A DNA stretch of 64,000 nt from an uncultured Pseudomonadota bacterium (GTDB lineage: Bacteria > Myxococcota_A > Polyangia > Fen-1088), in the NCBI GenBank assembly GCA_963729535.1, contig CAVSOL010000017.1:370837-434836 (forward strand), given 5' to 3'. Position numbers and translations under genes: made by a program. Under the pieces are notes generated by a model. It was not told where the DNA came from. It saw only the letters and a list, made by a program, of their open reading frames with translations, and did no database searches. This document shows positions 51,245-62,245 of this stretch, piece after piece (the first letter of the stretch is position 1; each line of letters starts with the position of its first letter).

Positions 51245-51801
51245 GCGGCCGCCTCGGCCGCGAGCTTGCGCGGCGACACCGCCTGGCCCGCGACCACGAC
51301 GCGCGTGCACGCCTTGCCGTGGCCGAGCGCGTATTTCAGCGTCGGGTAGAGCTGCGCGCCCATGATGCCGAACGCCAGCGCGAGCAGGGCGCGCGGCCCC
51401 CAGCGCCTCACGATCTGCTCGCGGAGCGCATCGGCGACGTTGCCGTCGCGCGCGAGCACGGCCCGCGCGAACCGGACGGCGAGGGCGACGTCCGGCGACA
51501 TCGCTGCCTCGTCGCCCTTCACGACCGCGGCGATCGTGGCCGCCGGGACGCCCGCGCGCAACGCGAAGCCCACTCCGAGCTGCGTGCACGGCCCGCAGTC
51601 CGCCTGAATCGACGACGTCAACGTCGCCGCGACGTACACGTCGGTCGGGACGTCCTTCCGGTACCGGCCGAGGCCGGTGGCGCGCGCGAACTTCACGAAC
51701 CCTCCGACGTCGGTGTCGATCACCGCGTGCATGTACGACGCATCGTACCCGTGCTCGCGCTCGAAGGCGTTCAGTCTGCGATGAAACAACCACTTCAACA
51801 T
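51241..51801 (-). CDS. Carboxymuconolactone decarboxylase/AhpD-like protein
   Basis: DCGPC motif and YPTLKYALG; adjacent to ECF41. Confidence 0.8.
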   Translation of the reverse strand: MLKWLFHRRLNAFEREHGYDASYMHAVIDTDVGGFVKFARATGLGRYRKDVPTDVYVAATLTSSIQADCGPCTQLGVGFALRAGVPAATIAAVVKGDEAAMSPDVALAVRFARAVLARDGNVADALREQIVRRWGPRALLALAFGIMGAQLYPTLKYALGHGKACTRVVVAGQAVSPRKLAAEAAA

Positions 51802-51821
51802 GGGACCCTCCTCGCCCCTAC

Positions 51822-51848
51822 GACGAGGCAGCGGGGGCCGTTGTGACA
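51822..51848 (-). promoter_or_regulatory. ECF41 target promoter
   Basis: Minus strand reads TGTCACA-N16-CGTC, the ECF41 consensus, directly upstream of the CMD-sigma operon. Confidence 0.85.
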
Positions 51849-51916
51849 TGGCCGGCGAAGGATGGGTAGGTCGGGCGGGCGGCGTGCCCGGCTTGTCGCT
51901 AGAGTAGCGTCGATCG

Positions 51917-53641
51917 ATGGGCGATCTCCTCAGTGAGCTCGAGGTCCTGGCGGTCGACGGCCAGGCGAGCGGCAGCACGCCGGCTCACGGCGATCTGCTC
52001 GAGCTCGGTTGGGCGCGCTGCTCGGCCGCGGGCTGGCCGGTCCGGTCCGCAGCCGCTGGATCGTGCCGCGGACGGAGCGGCGCGATCCCGTGGCCGGTGC
52101 GCGAGCTGACGGGATGGTCCGAGGCGAGCGTCGCGGACGCGGTCGACGAGCGCAGCGCCTGGACGGAGCTTCGCGCCGACCTCGCGCCGGCGAGCCGGTC
52201 GGTCGCCGCTGGCGCCGGCGCCGACGGTGATTCACTTCGCGCGTTTCGAGCTCGCGTTCCTGCGCGACCTCTGCCGGCGCGTCGATGGCAGCGACGCAGC
52301 TTCCCGCTGGACGTCGTCTGCCTGCACGCCATCGCGGTACGCCTGTTCCCCGATCTGCCGCGCCGGAACATCCGCGCGCTGGCCGGCTACCTCGGCCATT
52401 CGCCGCAGCTCGTGCGCCGCACCACCGGCCACGTCGAGGCGACGGCGTTCATCTGGCAGGCGCTGCTGCCGCTGCTGGAGCCGCTGTCGGTGCGCACGTG
52501 GAGCGCGCTCAAGGCCTGGCTCGACGAGCCCGCGCCGCGCCCGCGCCGCGGGCGGCTGGTTTACCCGCTCGCCGCTCGATCGGCGGCGCGCGCTGCCGGA
52601 CCGTCCGGGCGTGTATCGCTTCCTGCGGCGCAGCGGCGACGTCCTCTACGTGGGCAAGGCGGCGAGCCTGCGGAAGCGCGTGGCGGGCCACTTCGCGGGC
52701 CGGGGCGCCGCGGGCGAGCGCGGCCTCGAGCTGCTCACGCAGGTTCACGACGTGGACGTCACCGAGACCGCGAGCCAGGTCGAGGCGGCGCTGCTCGAGA
52801 CCGACGAGATCAAGCGCCTGGATCCGCCTTACAACGTGCAGCTGCGCGCCGCCGGCCGGCAGGCCTGGTACGCGTCGGCCGATCTGCGCGACGCGACGCC
52901 GGCCCGCGACAGCCGTGCATCGCATCGGCCCGCTGCCGTCGGCAGCACGCGCTGCTTCCCCTCGCGGCGCTGACGGCGCTGGTCGATGGGGCGGGCCCGT
53001 CGCCCGCGCTGTCGGCCGCCGCGCTGGCCGTGCCCGCCGCGTTCGCGCCGCCGCCGGCGCTGTTCGACGAAGGGTTTCGGGCGTTCGTGTCGGACTGCCT
53101 GTCCGACCACCTGGGCGGCGCCGAGCCGACGGCCGCGGCGCGACTGGCCCGGGCGTCGCGCGCGCTGTGGCTGCTGCGCGGGCGAGCGGAGCCCGACGCC
53201 GACGCCGAGGCCGACGCCGCTGGGCCCGGCCGACTGGGACCTGGCGCGCGTCCGCCGCCGTCTGGAGCGCACCTTGACGCAGACCGGCCTGCTCGTGCGG
53301 CGCACGCGCCTGCTGTGCCTGCTCGCGGACGCGACCGTCGCGTTCCGCGAGCGCGCCATGCCCGCGGCGCGTGCGCTGGTCGATCGGCGCCGGCGACATC
53401 CGCGAGCGGCACGACATCGACGAAGTCATGGCCGTGGCGGGCTGGCCCGCGCGCGCGCCGCGAGCCCACCACGAGCGCCAGGCCTGCTTCGATGCCGCCG
53501 CTTACGACCGGCTGCGCGTCCTCATCACCGAGCTCCGCCGCGTGCAGGACGAGGGCGGCGAGACCGCCCTGCGCATCGGCGGCCACACCTTTGCCCCCGA
53601 TCGCCTGGCGCGCCTGATGCTGGCGATCTCGATCTGGGTGA
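51917..53641 (+). CDS. DEDDh-like exonuclease / GIY-YIG (UvrC/Cho-like) fusion, multiple frameshifts
   Basis: VLAVDGQASG..GDLLELG, IHFARFE, LPDRPGVYRF..VLYVGKA.SLRKRV and EAALLETDEIK..PPYN. Confidence 0.78.
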
Positions 53642-53681
53642 TTGGCAGTTGGGTGCGCGAGCCCCACAATCAAGCGGCTCG

Positions 53682-55104
53682 ATGGACTTCCCGACAATCA
53701 GCGGCGACAGCAAGCGCACGGCCGAGGTCACGGCGAGCGCGCCGCTCGTCGCCGGCCGGGATGGGACGCAGGTCCGCGCCGCCTTCGGCGTCGCGCTGCA
53801 CATGCACCAGCCCACCGTCCTCGGCGACGGCGACCGGATGACCGCGCCGCTGATCTCGAATCTGCAGCACATGTTCGAGCACCAGGGGGAGGGCGACAAC
53901 CACAACGCGGCGGCGTTCCTGGGCTGCTACGGGCGCTCCGCCGATCTCGTCGGCGCGCTGGTCGAGCGCGGCCGCCAGCCCCGGTTGATGCTCGACTACT
54001 CGGGCAACCTGCTCTGGGGGCTGGCGCAGATGGGCCAGACGGACGTGCTCGCGGCGCTCCGGCGCACCACCGAGCCCGCCCTCGCGCCGTCGATCGAGTG
54101 GCTCGGCACCATGTGGTCGCACGCCGTGGTCCCGTCCACGCCGGTTCCCGATCTCAAGCTTCACATGCTGGCGTGGCGCCACCACTTCGCCGCCCTGTTC
54201 GGACTTCCCGCGCTGGCACGCGTTCGCGGCTTCTCGGCGCCCGAGATGCACCTCCCCATTCACCCCGACGTCTGCTTCGCCTACGTGCGCGCCCTGCGCG
54301 AGTGCGGGTACCGGTGGCTGATGGTCCAGGAGCACACCGTCGAGAACGCCGACGGGACCCCGCTCCGCCAGCCGCGCCTGCCGCACCGCCTGGTGGCCCG
54401 CAACTCCGAGGGCGACACCGAGTCGATCACGGTGCTCGTCAAGACGCAGGGCTCGGACACGAAGCTGGTTGGTCAGATGCAGCCCTTCGGCGAGGCGAAG
54501 TCGCTCGACCGGCAGCCGCTCGGCAGGCCACGCAGTCCCGCCCTACGCGCTTCAGATCGGCGACGGAGAGAACGGCGGCGTCATGATGAACGAGTTCCCG
54601 AGCGCCTATCAGACCGCCTTCGACCAGCTCGGCCCGCGCGACGGCGGCGTGGCCGCGCTGAACGGCACGGAGTACCTGGAGGCTGTGGCGGCGCTGGGCG
54701 TCGACGAGCAGGATTTCCCCGCCGTGCAGCCGGTGTCACAGCACCGCATCTGGCAGGAGGTCACTGCCGCCGGGACCGGGCGCCGCGGATCAGGCCATCG
54801 CCCGCCTGCGCCTGCGTGATCCGTCGTTCAACCTCGACCGCGCGTCGTGGACCAGCGATCGCAGCTGGGTTGCAGGGTACGACAACGTGATGGATCCCGT
54901 GTGTGCGCCTGAGCGCCCGCTTCCACGAGCGCTGGGACCAGACGGGGGACGGCGCCCGCGGCGAGCCCGCCTACGCAGCGCTCACTGCTCTATCTGCTGC
55001 TGTCGCAGACCAGCTGCTTCCGCTACTGGGGCCAGGGCTATTGGACCGACATGGCGCAGGAGATCTGCCGCCGCGGGCTCGAGTCCTTGGACGCCACAGC
55101 GTAG
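53682..55104 (+). CDS. Glycoside hydrolase family 57 protein (frameshifted)
   Basis: ALHMHQP, MLDYSG.L, GFSAPEM, DGENGGVMMNEFP and TSCFRYWG. Confidence 0.82.
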
Positions 55105-55198
55105 TCGCGCGCGCTCGACCGTCCGTCTCGCGACGCTCATCCGTCGCCGGTTGTCTGCGCGTCGATAATTCGCTGGCGTCCGCGCGCGGTTGGCGTCC

Positions 55199-55256
55199 AC
55201 CATCTATCCAGATGGTAGACGGATGGTGTCCGGATGGTAAGGGATGGTGCGATGGC
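55199..55256. promoter_or_regulatory. GATGGT repeat array, putative RHH operator
   Basis: ACCATC at 55199 (inverted); GATGGT at 55211, 55222, 55233 and 55243; GATGGC at 55251. Confidence 0.65.
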
Positions 55257-55654
55257 GAGTAGAGGACGACGAGAAGACCGAGAAGATCACGATCAACCTG
55301 GGCCTGGTCGATCTCGGCCAGATCGATCTGCTGGTCCAGGAAGGCTTCTACGCCAACCGCACCGACTTCATCCGCTCCGCGATCCGCGCCCAGCTGGCCA
55401 CCCGTGCGGCGGCGGTGGAGCAGAGCGTCGCCCGCAGGACGCTGGTGCTGGGGAGCGAGCACTTCACCCGCGCGCAGCTGGAGGAGCTGCGCACGGCCGG
55501 GCAGACGGTGCAGATCCGCGTCCTCGGTCTGGCCACCATCGCCGACGACGTCTCCCCGGAACTCGCGCTGCAGACGATTGCCTCGGTCGAGGTGCTGGGC
55601 GCGTTCCGCGCCAGCGCCGCGGTGAAGGCGGCGCTCGCATCGCGCATCGTCTGA
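55244..55654 (+). CDS. CopG/ribbon-helix-helix transcriptional regulator
   Basis: EKITINLGLVDLGQIDLLVQEGFYANRTDFIRSAIR. Confidence 0.85.
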   Translation: MVRWRVEDDEKTEKITINLGLVDLGQIDLLVQEGFYANRTDFIRSAIRAQLATRAAAVEQSVARRTLVLGSEHFTRAQLEELRTAGQTVQIRVLGLATIADDVSPELALQTIASVEVLGAFRASAAVKAALASRIV

Positions 55655-55680
55655 GCGCAGCGCCGAGAAAGGATCACCCG

Positions 55681-56751
55681 ATGGACACAGCAGCGACTGG
55701 CCCGAATGTTCGAAGCGACCCGGCTGACGAGCCGAGCACGCCTCGCCGAGGCGACAGCGCTCTGCTGCAGGCGCGGCTGCCGGCGGCAGCCGCTTGCCCG
55801 ACATGCAAGCATTGCTGTCTCGGCTCCCGCAGCGGACTGCCCCGCATGCCCGCCGGTGACGAAGCCTCGTCCCGGGCCGGTGCTCCCCGGCCGGTTCCTC
55901 GACCTGCTCGTACGCCAACGCGGCCGGGGAGCGCACCTACAAGCTGTACGTGCCCGACCGGGCACACCGGTCAGGCCGTCCCTCTGATCGTGATGCTGCA
56001 CGGGGGTACGCAGGACGCCGATGACTTCGCCGCCGGCACCCGGATGAACGAGCTGGCCGAGCGCCACGGATTCCTGGTCGCCTACCCCGAGCAGTCGCGC
56101 GCGCGCCAACCCGATGGGGTACTGGAACTGGTTCCAGCCCAAAGACCAGCATCGCGGCAGCGGGGAGGCGTCGCTCATCGCCGGGCTCACCGAGCAGATC
56201 ATCGACACGTACGCCGTCGACGCCCGCCGCGTCTACGTTGCCGGCTTCTCCGCGGGCGGCGCCATGGCCGCGGTCATGGCCACCGCCTACCCCGACGTGT
56301 ACGCAGCGGCGGGCGTCCATTCCGGCCTGGCCGCCGGGGCCGCCCACGACATCCCCTCCGCGTTCGCCGCGATGGCGAAGGGCGCGCCCGACGCCGGGAG
56401 CCCGCCCGTGCCGCTGATCGTCTTCCACGGCGACGGCGACCCGACCGTCGACCACGTCAACGCCGACTGCCTGGTCAGGGCCGTCCTGCCGGACGCCGGG
56501 GATCGGCAGCGGCCCGCTCACGACCACGGGGACGGGTGCCCGGCGGCCACGCGTACACCCGCCGCGTCTACGCCGACCGCGACGGAACGCCGCTGGTGGA
56601 ACAGTGGACCATCCATCAGGCCGGGCACGCCTGGTCGGGCGGGAGCCCGCACGGCACGTACACCGACCCGCAGGGGCCGGACGCCTCGACCGAGCTCGTC
56701 CGCTTCTTCGCCCAGCACGCCCACCGTTACGCCCGGCAACGCGCCGCCTGA
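55681..56751 (+). CDS. PHB depolymerase/LpqC family esterase (frameshifted)
   Basis: [38 protein letters not shown] and GHAWSGG. Confidence 0.87.
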   Translation: MDTAATGPNVRSDPADEPSTPRRGDSALLQARLPAAAACPTCKHCCLGSRSGLPRMPAGDEASSRAGAPRPVPRPARTPTRPGSAPTSCTCPTGHTGQAVPLIVMLHGGTQDADDFAAGTRMNELAERHGFLVAYPEQSRARQPDGVLELVPAQRPASRQRGGVAHRRAHRADHRHVRRRRPPRLRCRLLRGRRHGRGHGHRLPRRVRSGGRPFRPGRRGRPRHPLRVRRDGEGRARRREPARAADRLPRRRRPDRRPRQRRLPGQGRPAGRRGSAAARSRPRGRVPGGHAYTRRVYADRDGTPLVEQWTIHQAGHAWSGGSPHGTYTDPQGPDASTELVRFFAQHAHRYARQRAA

Positions 56752-56761
56752 TCCCGGTGGC

Positions 56762-58411
56762 CTAACGCGCGAGCGCGCTGGCCACGATCGCGCGCGCTTC
56801 GTCGAAGATCGCGGCGAGGTGGTCGGCGCTGACCATGCTCTCGGCGTAGATCTTGTAGACGTTCTCCGTCCCCGACGGGCGGGCGGCGAACCAGCCGTTG
56901 TTGCTCGCGACCTTGAGGCCGCCGATGGAGGCGCCGTTGCCCGGCGCGCGCGTCAGCTTGGCGACGATCGCGTCGCCGGCGAGGGTCGCGGCGGTCACGG
57001 CCTCGGGCGCGAGCTTGCCGAGCGCCGCCTTCTCGGCGGGCGTGGCGGGCGCGTCGACGCGCGCGTAGTACGACGTCCCGAAGCGCTCGCGCAGGCGCTC
57101 GTAGTGGACGCCGGGATCCTGGCCGGTGACGGCGGTGATCTCCGCGGCGAGCAGGTCGAGGACGATGCCGTCCTTGTCGGTGGTCCACGTGCCGCCGTCG
57201 CGGCGGAGGAAGCTGGCGCCGGCGCTCTCCTCGCCGCCGAAGCCGAGGCTGCCGTCGCACAGGCCGGGGACGAACCACTTGAAGCCGACCGGGACCTCGC
57301 GCACCTCGCGACCGAGCGCGCGCGCGACCCGGTCGATGAGCGTGCTCGACACCAGCGTCTTGCCGATGGCGGCGCCCGCCGGCCAGCCGTCGCGGTGCGT
57401 GAACAGGTAGTCGATCGCGACGGCCAGGTAGTGATTCGGGTTCATGAGGCCCGCGGTCGGCGTGACGATGCCGTGGCGATCGGCGTCGGTGTCGTTGCCG
57501 AACGCGACCGCGAAGCGATCGCGCAGCGCCAGCAAGCCGGCCATCGCGTAGGGGCTGGAGCAGTCCATCCGGATCTTGCCGTCGTGATCGAGGCGCATGA
57601 ACGCGAAGCGCGGATCGACGGCCTTGTTGACGACCGTGAGGTCCAGGCCGTAGCGCTCGGCGATGCGCGCCCAGTACTGGACCGACGCGCCGCCCATCGG
57701 GTCGGCGCCCAGCTTGACGCGCGCGCGCGCGATCGCCTCGACGTCGATCACCTTCTGTAAGTCATCGACGTACGGCGTGAGGAAGTCGTACACGGTGGTG
57801 GTGGCCGCGGCCTGCGCGCGGTCGTAGGGGATGCGCCGGATGCCGGCGCCGTCCTTGAGCAGCTGGTTCGCGCGCGCCTGGACGCCGTCGGTGATGTCGC
57901 TGTCGGCGGGGCCGCCGTGCGGTGGGTTGTACTTGAAGCCGCCGTCGCGCGGCGGGTTGTGCGACGGCGTGATGACGATGCCGTCGGCGAGGCCCGCGTC
58001 GCCAGGCGGGAGCGTGGTGTTGAACGCGATGATCGCGCGCGACAGCGCCGGCGTCGGCGTGTACTGCCCGTCGGCCTGGACGCGCGTGTCGACGCCGTTC
58101 GCGGCCAGCACCTCCAGCGCCGTTCGCAGCGCGGGCGCCGAGGCGGCGTGCGTGTCCGCGCCCAGGAACAGCGGCCCGGTGATGCCGGCGCGCGCGCGGT
58201 ATTCGCAGATCGCCTGCGTGATCGCCAGGATGTGGGCTTCGTTGAACGCGCCGTCCTCGGCGGCGCCGCGGTGGCCGCTGGTGCCGAAGGCAACCTGCTC
58301 GCGCGGGTTGTCGGGGTCGGGGCGGCGGTCGTAGTACGCGGCGAGCAGGCGGTCGACGTCGATCAGGACGTCGGCCGGCGCGGGCTTTCCGGCGAGCGGT
58401 GACAGCGGCAT
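56762..58411 (-). CDS. pgm: Phosphoglucomutase (alpha-D-glucose-1,6-bisphosphate-dependent)
   Basis: [26 protein letters not shown] and RPSGTE. Confidence 0.96.
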   Translation of the reverse strand: MPLSPLAGKPAPADVLIDVDRLLAAYYDRRPDPDNPREQVAFGTSGHRGAAEDGAFNEAHILAITQAICEYRARAGITGPLFLGADTHAASAPALRTALEVLAANGVDTRVQADGQYTPTPALSRAIIAFNTTLPPGDAGLADGIVITPSHNPPRDGGFKYNPPHGGPADSDITDGVQARANQLLKDGAGIRRIPYDRAQAAATTTVYDFLTPYVDDLQKVIDVEAIARARVKLGADPMGGASVQYWARIAERYGLDLTVVNKAVDPRFAFMRLDHDGKIRMDCSSPYAMAGLLALRDRFAVAFGNDTDADRHGIVTPTAGLMNPNHYLAVAIDYLFTHRDGWPAGAAIGKTLVSSTLIDRVARALGREVREVPVGFKWFVPGLCDGSLGFGGEESAGASFLRRDGGTWTTDKDGIVLDLLAAEITAVTGQDPGVHYERLRERFGTSYYARVDAPATPAEKAALGKLAPEAVTAATLAGDAIVAKLTRAPGNGASIGGLKVASNNGWFAARPSGTENVYKIYAESMVSADHLAAIFDEARAIVASALAR

Positions 58412-58477
58412 GGCCCCAAGGCTATGCCCGACGGGGCGATCGGGGAAGGGGGCGGTGGTCCGATCCGAGTCAGGCCG

Positions 58478-60545
58478 TCATTCGCCGCGGCCACGGTAGT
58501 TGCGGGCCTGCTTGATGAGCAAGCGCGGCGGCAGCCCGGGCTGCGGGTTGTCCTCGTCGTCGAACTTGAAGTCGACCTCCAGGCCGTAGAAGCCCAGGTT
58601 GCCGCTCGCCGGACCGTAGGCCGGCGAGAAGCGTTTTTGAATCGCGTCCAGCGCGGTCGCGAGCTCGAGGATCTGCGTCGGCGACAGGACAGTCTCACCG
58701 TCGCGGATCAGGTTCGAGTGGCTCAGGTAGGTCGTCGTCGCGTTGCCGCCGCTGAAGTAGATGAGAATTTCGTCGCTGGTGATGCCGGGGGGCGGCGCGA
58801 CGACCTCGGCCGAGCCGCCCCACTGGGCGTTGACGTAGAAGCCGGGCTCCAGCCCCGACGGATCGAAGATGTTGGCGGTCACCGCCACCCCGTTGGCTTC
58901 CTCCGCCCTGAAGTTGTGGTGGACGAGCAACGCCATGCCGATCCTCTTGTGGTCGATGCTGTGGTACGAGCGCTCCTCGAACGTCCGGAAGTACCACACG
59001 CCCGCCCACGTCTTGCGGATCGCTTGCAGCACGCTGCACGCGTCGTTGCTGTCCGTGTTGCACGTCGATCGATCCACGTCCCAGTTCGCCGGATCGCCTG
59101 TGTGCGAGTCGTAGCAACCGGCGCACAGGAAGTCCTCCTGGTCCTCGGCGTTGGTGCTGGTCCGGAACCGCATCGTCAGCCCGGGAAAGTCCGCTTCGAG
59201 CTTCGCCTTCAACGCGGCCGAGAACGCCGGGTCCACGGGCGCCGTCTGCATGTATTCGCGCAGGGACGCGAGCTGCGTGTCCCTCACCGCCGGGTCGTTC
59301 TGGAACGCCGGGTCCGCCAGCATCGCGTCGATACGGTCGTAAAACCCGTTCTGCCGCATGAACTGGTCGTAATAGAACACCGGAATCGCGAACGCCTTGC
59401 GGACCGGTACCTTGTCGGTCTTGGCGAGGATGCCGTAGTTCGCCGCCTTGCCGCCGTAGGCCAGGATCGCCTTCTTGATCTGGTCGCCCAGCCCCACCTT
59501 GCTGTCGGGCAAGTCCGCTCTCGTCGACCAGGTCTTCGACGTTCTTGAGCGCCGTCTGGGTCAGGTCCATCGCCGGTATCTGCACCGGAGCCGGCCTGTT
59601 CTTCAGCCACCAGTCGTCGGCAGCCTGCTGGCTCACCTCGCTGACGGTCCATTCGAAAGCCCCCACCTTCAGCTCCACCCACTGCCCGTCCAGCGCCTGA
59701 AGCATCGCGTTCGTCGTCGCGCCCTTCAGGCCCATGTTCGGCGTGTGTCGGTTCTGCGCGAGCACGTTGATGTGGGCCAGCGGCGTCTGGAACTCCTGCG
59801 TGATCATCCCGACCACCACGGAGATGTCGTTCGGTACGTGGTCGAGGACCACGATGTCGCGAAAGCTCAGGTACTCCGTCTCCAGGCTGGCCGCCGTCAC
59901 GAACCGAAGCTTGCCCATCGACGTGCCGAGGTTCAGCGGCTGGTAGTCGATCCCCGCGAAGATCTCGTTCGTCGTCTTGATCGTCACGCTCGCCGGCAGC
60001 GTCGCGGCCACCGCCTCGATCGCCTCCGACGTCGGATGCAAGGCCAGCTTGCCGCCGAAGAACGCCTTGTCCTTCACCGCTGCGAAGAGCTGCGTGATCA
60101 TCTCCTTGCTGGCGGTGTCGTAGGGCGACAGCTCCAGCGCCCAGATCTGCGGCCCGCTGTAGTACGTCACCGCGCCGAGGATGAAGCGCCGATCCAGCGA
60201 GTAATATTCGGTCCGGTTGAACTCACTCAATGACGGCACGGGCGGGTGCGCCGGCGCCGACAGATGCTTGGACGCGAACTCGTAGTGGATCGGGTACTTC
60301 TGGCTGTTCTGGAAGTAGAGCTTGTTGTCCAGCCGGTCCAGGACCACCTTCCCCGAGCGCGCCCCGGGGATCGATGAATCCAGCGGCTGCGACGACAGCA
60401 TCTCGAAGTCTGCCTGGCACCCGACGCTGTCCAGGTAGTCCGGAGCCACGTCGCCCGAGGGGATCTCGCACGTCCAGGTCTTCTCCCCGCCGCCGCAGCC
60501 GGCGAGCACGACCGCGAGCAGGGTGGCAGTCAGCGAAGCTTTCAT
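58478..60545 (-). CDS. Lipoprotein with PEP-utiliser phospho-His domain and PPDK/PEP-synthase nucleotide-binding domain (frameshift near 59515)
   Basis: Lipobox LAGC; GMITQEFQTPLAHINVLA; YGGKAANY, FRTSTNAED..AG.YDS, NGVAVT, EVDFKF and IKQAR. Confidence 0.8.
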
Positions 60546-60552
60546 GTTCCAC

Positions 60553-61577
60553 ACTTGAGATCAGGCCTGCAGATCTGGCCCGTGGGGCACTCTGCGTCCA
60601 CGGCGCAGGAGATAATACAATTTCCCGCGCTCAGGCAGAGCGTCACTTCGCGTGGGATGACCGAGGCGACCTGGAACTCGACGCAGCCGGGCGCGATCGT
60701 CGTCGAATCGACGGTCCGGCGGGTCAACGTCAGCTCGGGATAGCCGGCCGTGCCTCGCTCGATGAGCTGGTCGATCAGCGTCGCCGGTATCTCGGCGGAT
60801 CCGTCGTCGGCGAAGTCGCATTCGATGCGGGCCGCGACGCCGCCGTGGTGGGCGATGTCCAGCGACGCCAGCGATGCGGGAGCCGCCCGGTTGAGCTGGC
60901 CCCACCCAGGTCACCGACGCCGCCTGGCCCCGCATGATGGCCGGGGGGGTATCGAATTGCAGCGGCGCGATGCCGCGGCCGGCGAGGGTGAAGCCGGGGA
61001 GATCGCCTCCCGCGGCGGTGAGCGTGAGAGACGTCCCGGCTGCCGCGGGGGGATACGGCGTTGCCACGGACGCGTAGTAAGTGGAGTTCGTCGCCGCGTA
61101 GGTCACCGCGACGGGGGATGAACCAACGCCTGTCAGCGTGACATCGCCGACGCCCCGGAAGCGTGGCTCGTCGATGCACTGGTTCTGGCCGGCGCAGATC
61201 TGCGGATTCGTGCAGGCCGGCGTACATGCCAGGGTGGGACCCACGATCAGGCGACACTCGCCGGCGGTCGCGACCTGCTGCCACACGTAGGCCGGGTGCA
61301 CGGCGCTCCGGACTCCTCCGGCGATCGACGTGGTCATGAGGTCCTCGACCAGCTCGACCGTGAACGTTCCGAGGCGGGTTGCGTCGGTGCACGGCTGGCC
61401 GCTGGAGGAAGAGCCTCCGGTGTTGCCGGATCCCCCGCCGCCCGATCCGCCTCCTCCTGTCGGGCCGCCGCCGCCGCTGCTACAGCCGGCGCCGAGGAGG
61501 GTCCAGGCAACGAGGACGGTCAGCGAACCGAGCGTGACCAAACGGGCGGAGAGATGGCGATGGATCGGGGGAACCAT
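60553..61577 (-). CDS. Hypothetical Cys-containing lipoprotein (frameshifts near 60870-60905)
   Basis: Lipobox GAGC and Gly linker; IAHHGG..RIECDFADDG; C-terminal Cys module. Confidence 0.68.
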
Positions 61578-61588
61578 GGTGGCCGGCC

Positions 61589-61606
61589 ATGCACCCACCA
61601 TGCCGG
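61589..61606 (-). promoter_or_regulatory. sigma54 (-24/-12) promoter for the 61577/60545 operon
   Basis: Minus strand CCGGCATGGTGGGTGCAT matches GG-N10-GC. Confidence 0.55.
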
Positions 61607-61667
61607 TCATAGATGTTACGCAATCGTTGCAGAAGGGAGACAGTGGCCTACCCCGAACCACGACTGG

Positions 61668-61703
61668 GTGTACGAAATCTGCGCAGTGTACGAAGATTGC
61701 GCC
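61668..61703. promoter_or_regulatory. Tandem 18-bp repeat, putative enhancer-binding-protein sites
   Basis: GTGTACGAAATCTGCGCA / GTGTACGAAGATTGCGCC in the divergent intergenic region. Confidence 0.55.
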
Positions 61704-61751
61704 GCCCGAGCGGACTCGACGCGCCGCCAGGGGACCTTACAATCGCCGCGC

Positions 61752-62225
61752 GTGGAGCCTCGTCGACTTCGTCTTGCGCGGGTGTTGGTGCTCGCCGCCG
61801 TCGCGGGCAGCGCTGTGGGGGTGGCCGGCTTCACCTTCGTCTACGCAGAAGGGCTGAGCTACTTCTCCACCGACCCCAAGGCCTGCGCGAACTGCCACAT
61901 CATGAATGACCAGTACGCGTCGTGGACGAAGGGGCCCCATCATCACACCGACGCTCGCTGCGTTGATTGCCACCTGCCTCACGACACTGTGGAGAAATAC
62001 CTCGCCAAGGCGTTGAACGGCTATCACCACTCGAAGGGGTTCACGTTGCAGGACTTCCACGAGCCGATCCTGATCAAGCCGCGGAATGCGGCGATCCTTC
62101 AGGACAACTGCCTGCGCTGTCATGGTGATTTCGTGCACGACGCGCTGGCGCCCGTCGGGCGCTTCCAGGAAGCCGGGCGTTGCGTCCATTGTCACCGCGG
62201 CAGCGGGCACGGCGCGCGCGGCTGA
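61752..62225 (+). CDS. nrfH: Cytochrome c nitrite reductase small subunit (tetraheme quinol dehydrogenase)
   Basis: N-terminal TM; CANCHIM, CVDCH, CLRCH and CVHCH. Confidence 0.93.
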   Translation: MEPRRLRLARVLVLAAVAGSAVGVAGFTFVYAEGLSYFSTDPKACANCHIMNDQYASWTKGPHHHTDARCVDCHLPHDTVEKYLAKALNGYHHSKGFTLQDFHEPILIKPRNAAILQDNCLRCHGDFVHDALAPVGRFQEAGRCVHCHRGSGHGARG

Positions 62226-62245
62226 AGCCGCGAGAGACCTTCGAC

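Noticed and set aside
53682-60545. GH57, pgm and the dikinase-like lipoprotein as one glucan-phosphorylation operon
   Set aside because: Mixed orientations, intervening unrelated genes and different predicted compartments; adjacency alone is insufficient.
4221-61577. Numerous frameshifted genes as pseudogenes or programmed frameshifting
   Set aside because: Indels hit many unrelated genes, leave catalytic motifs intact and show no shared slippery motif or premature-stop decay. This is the signature of long-read consensus error.
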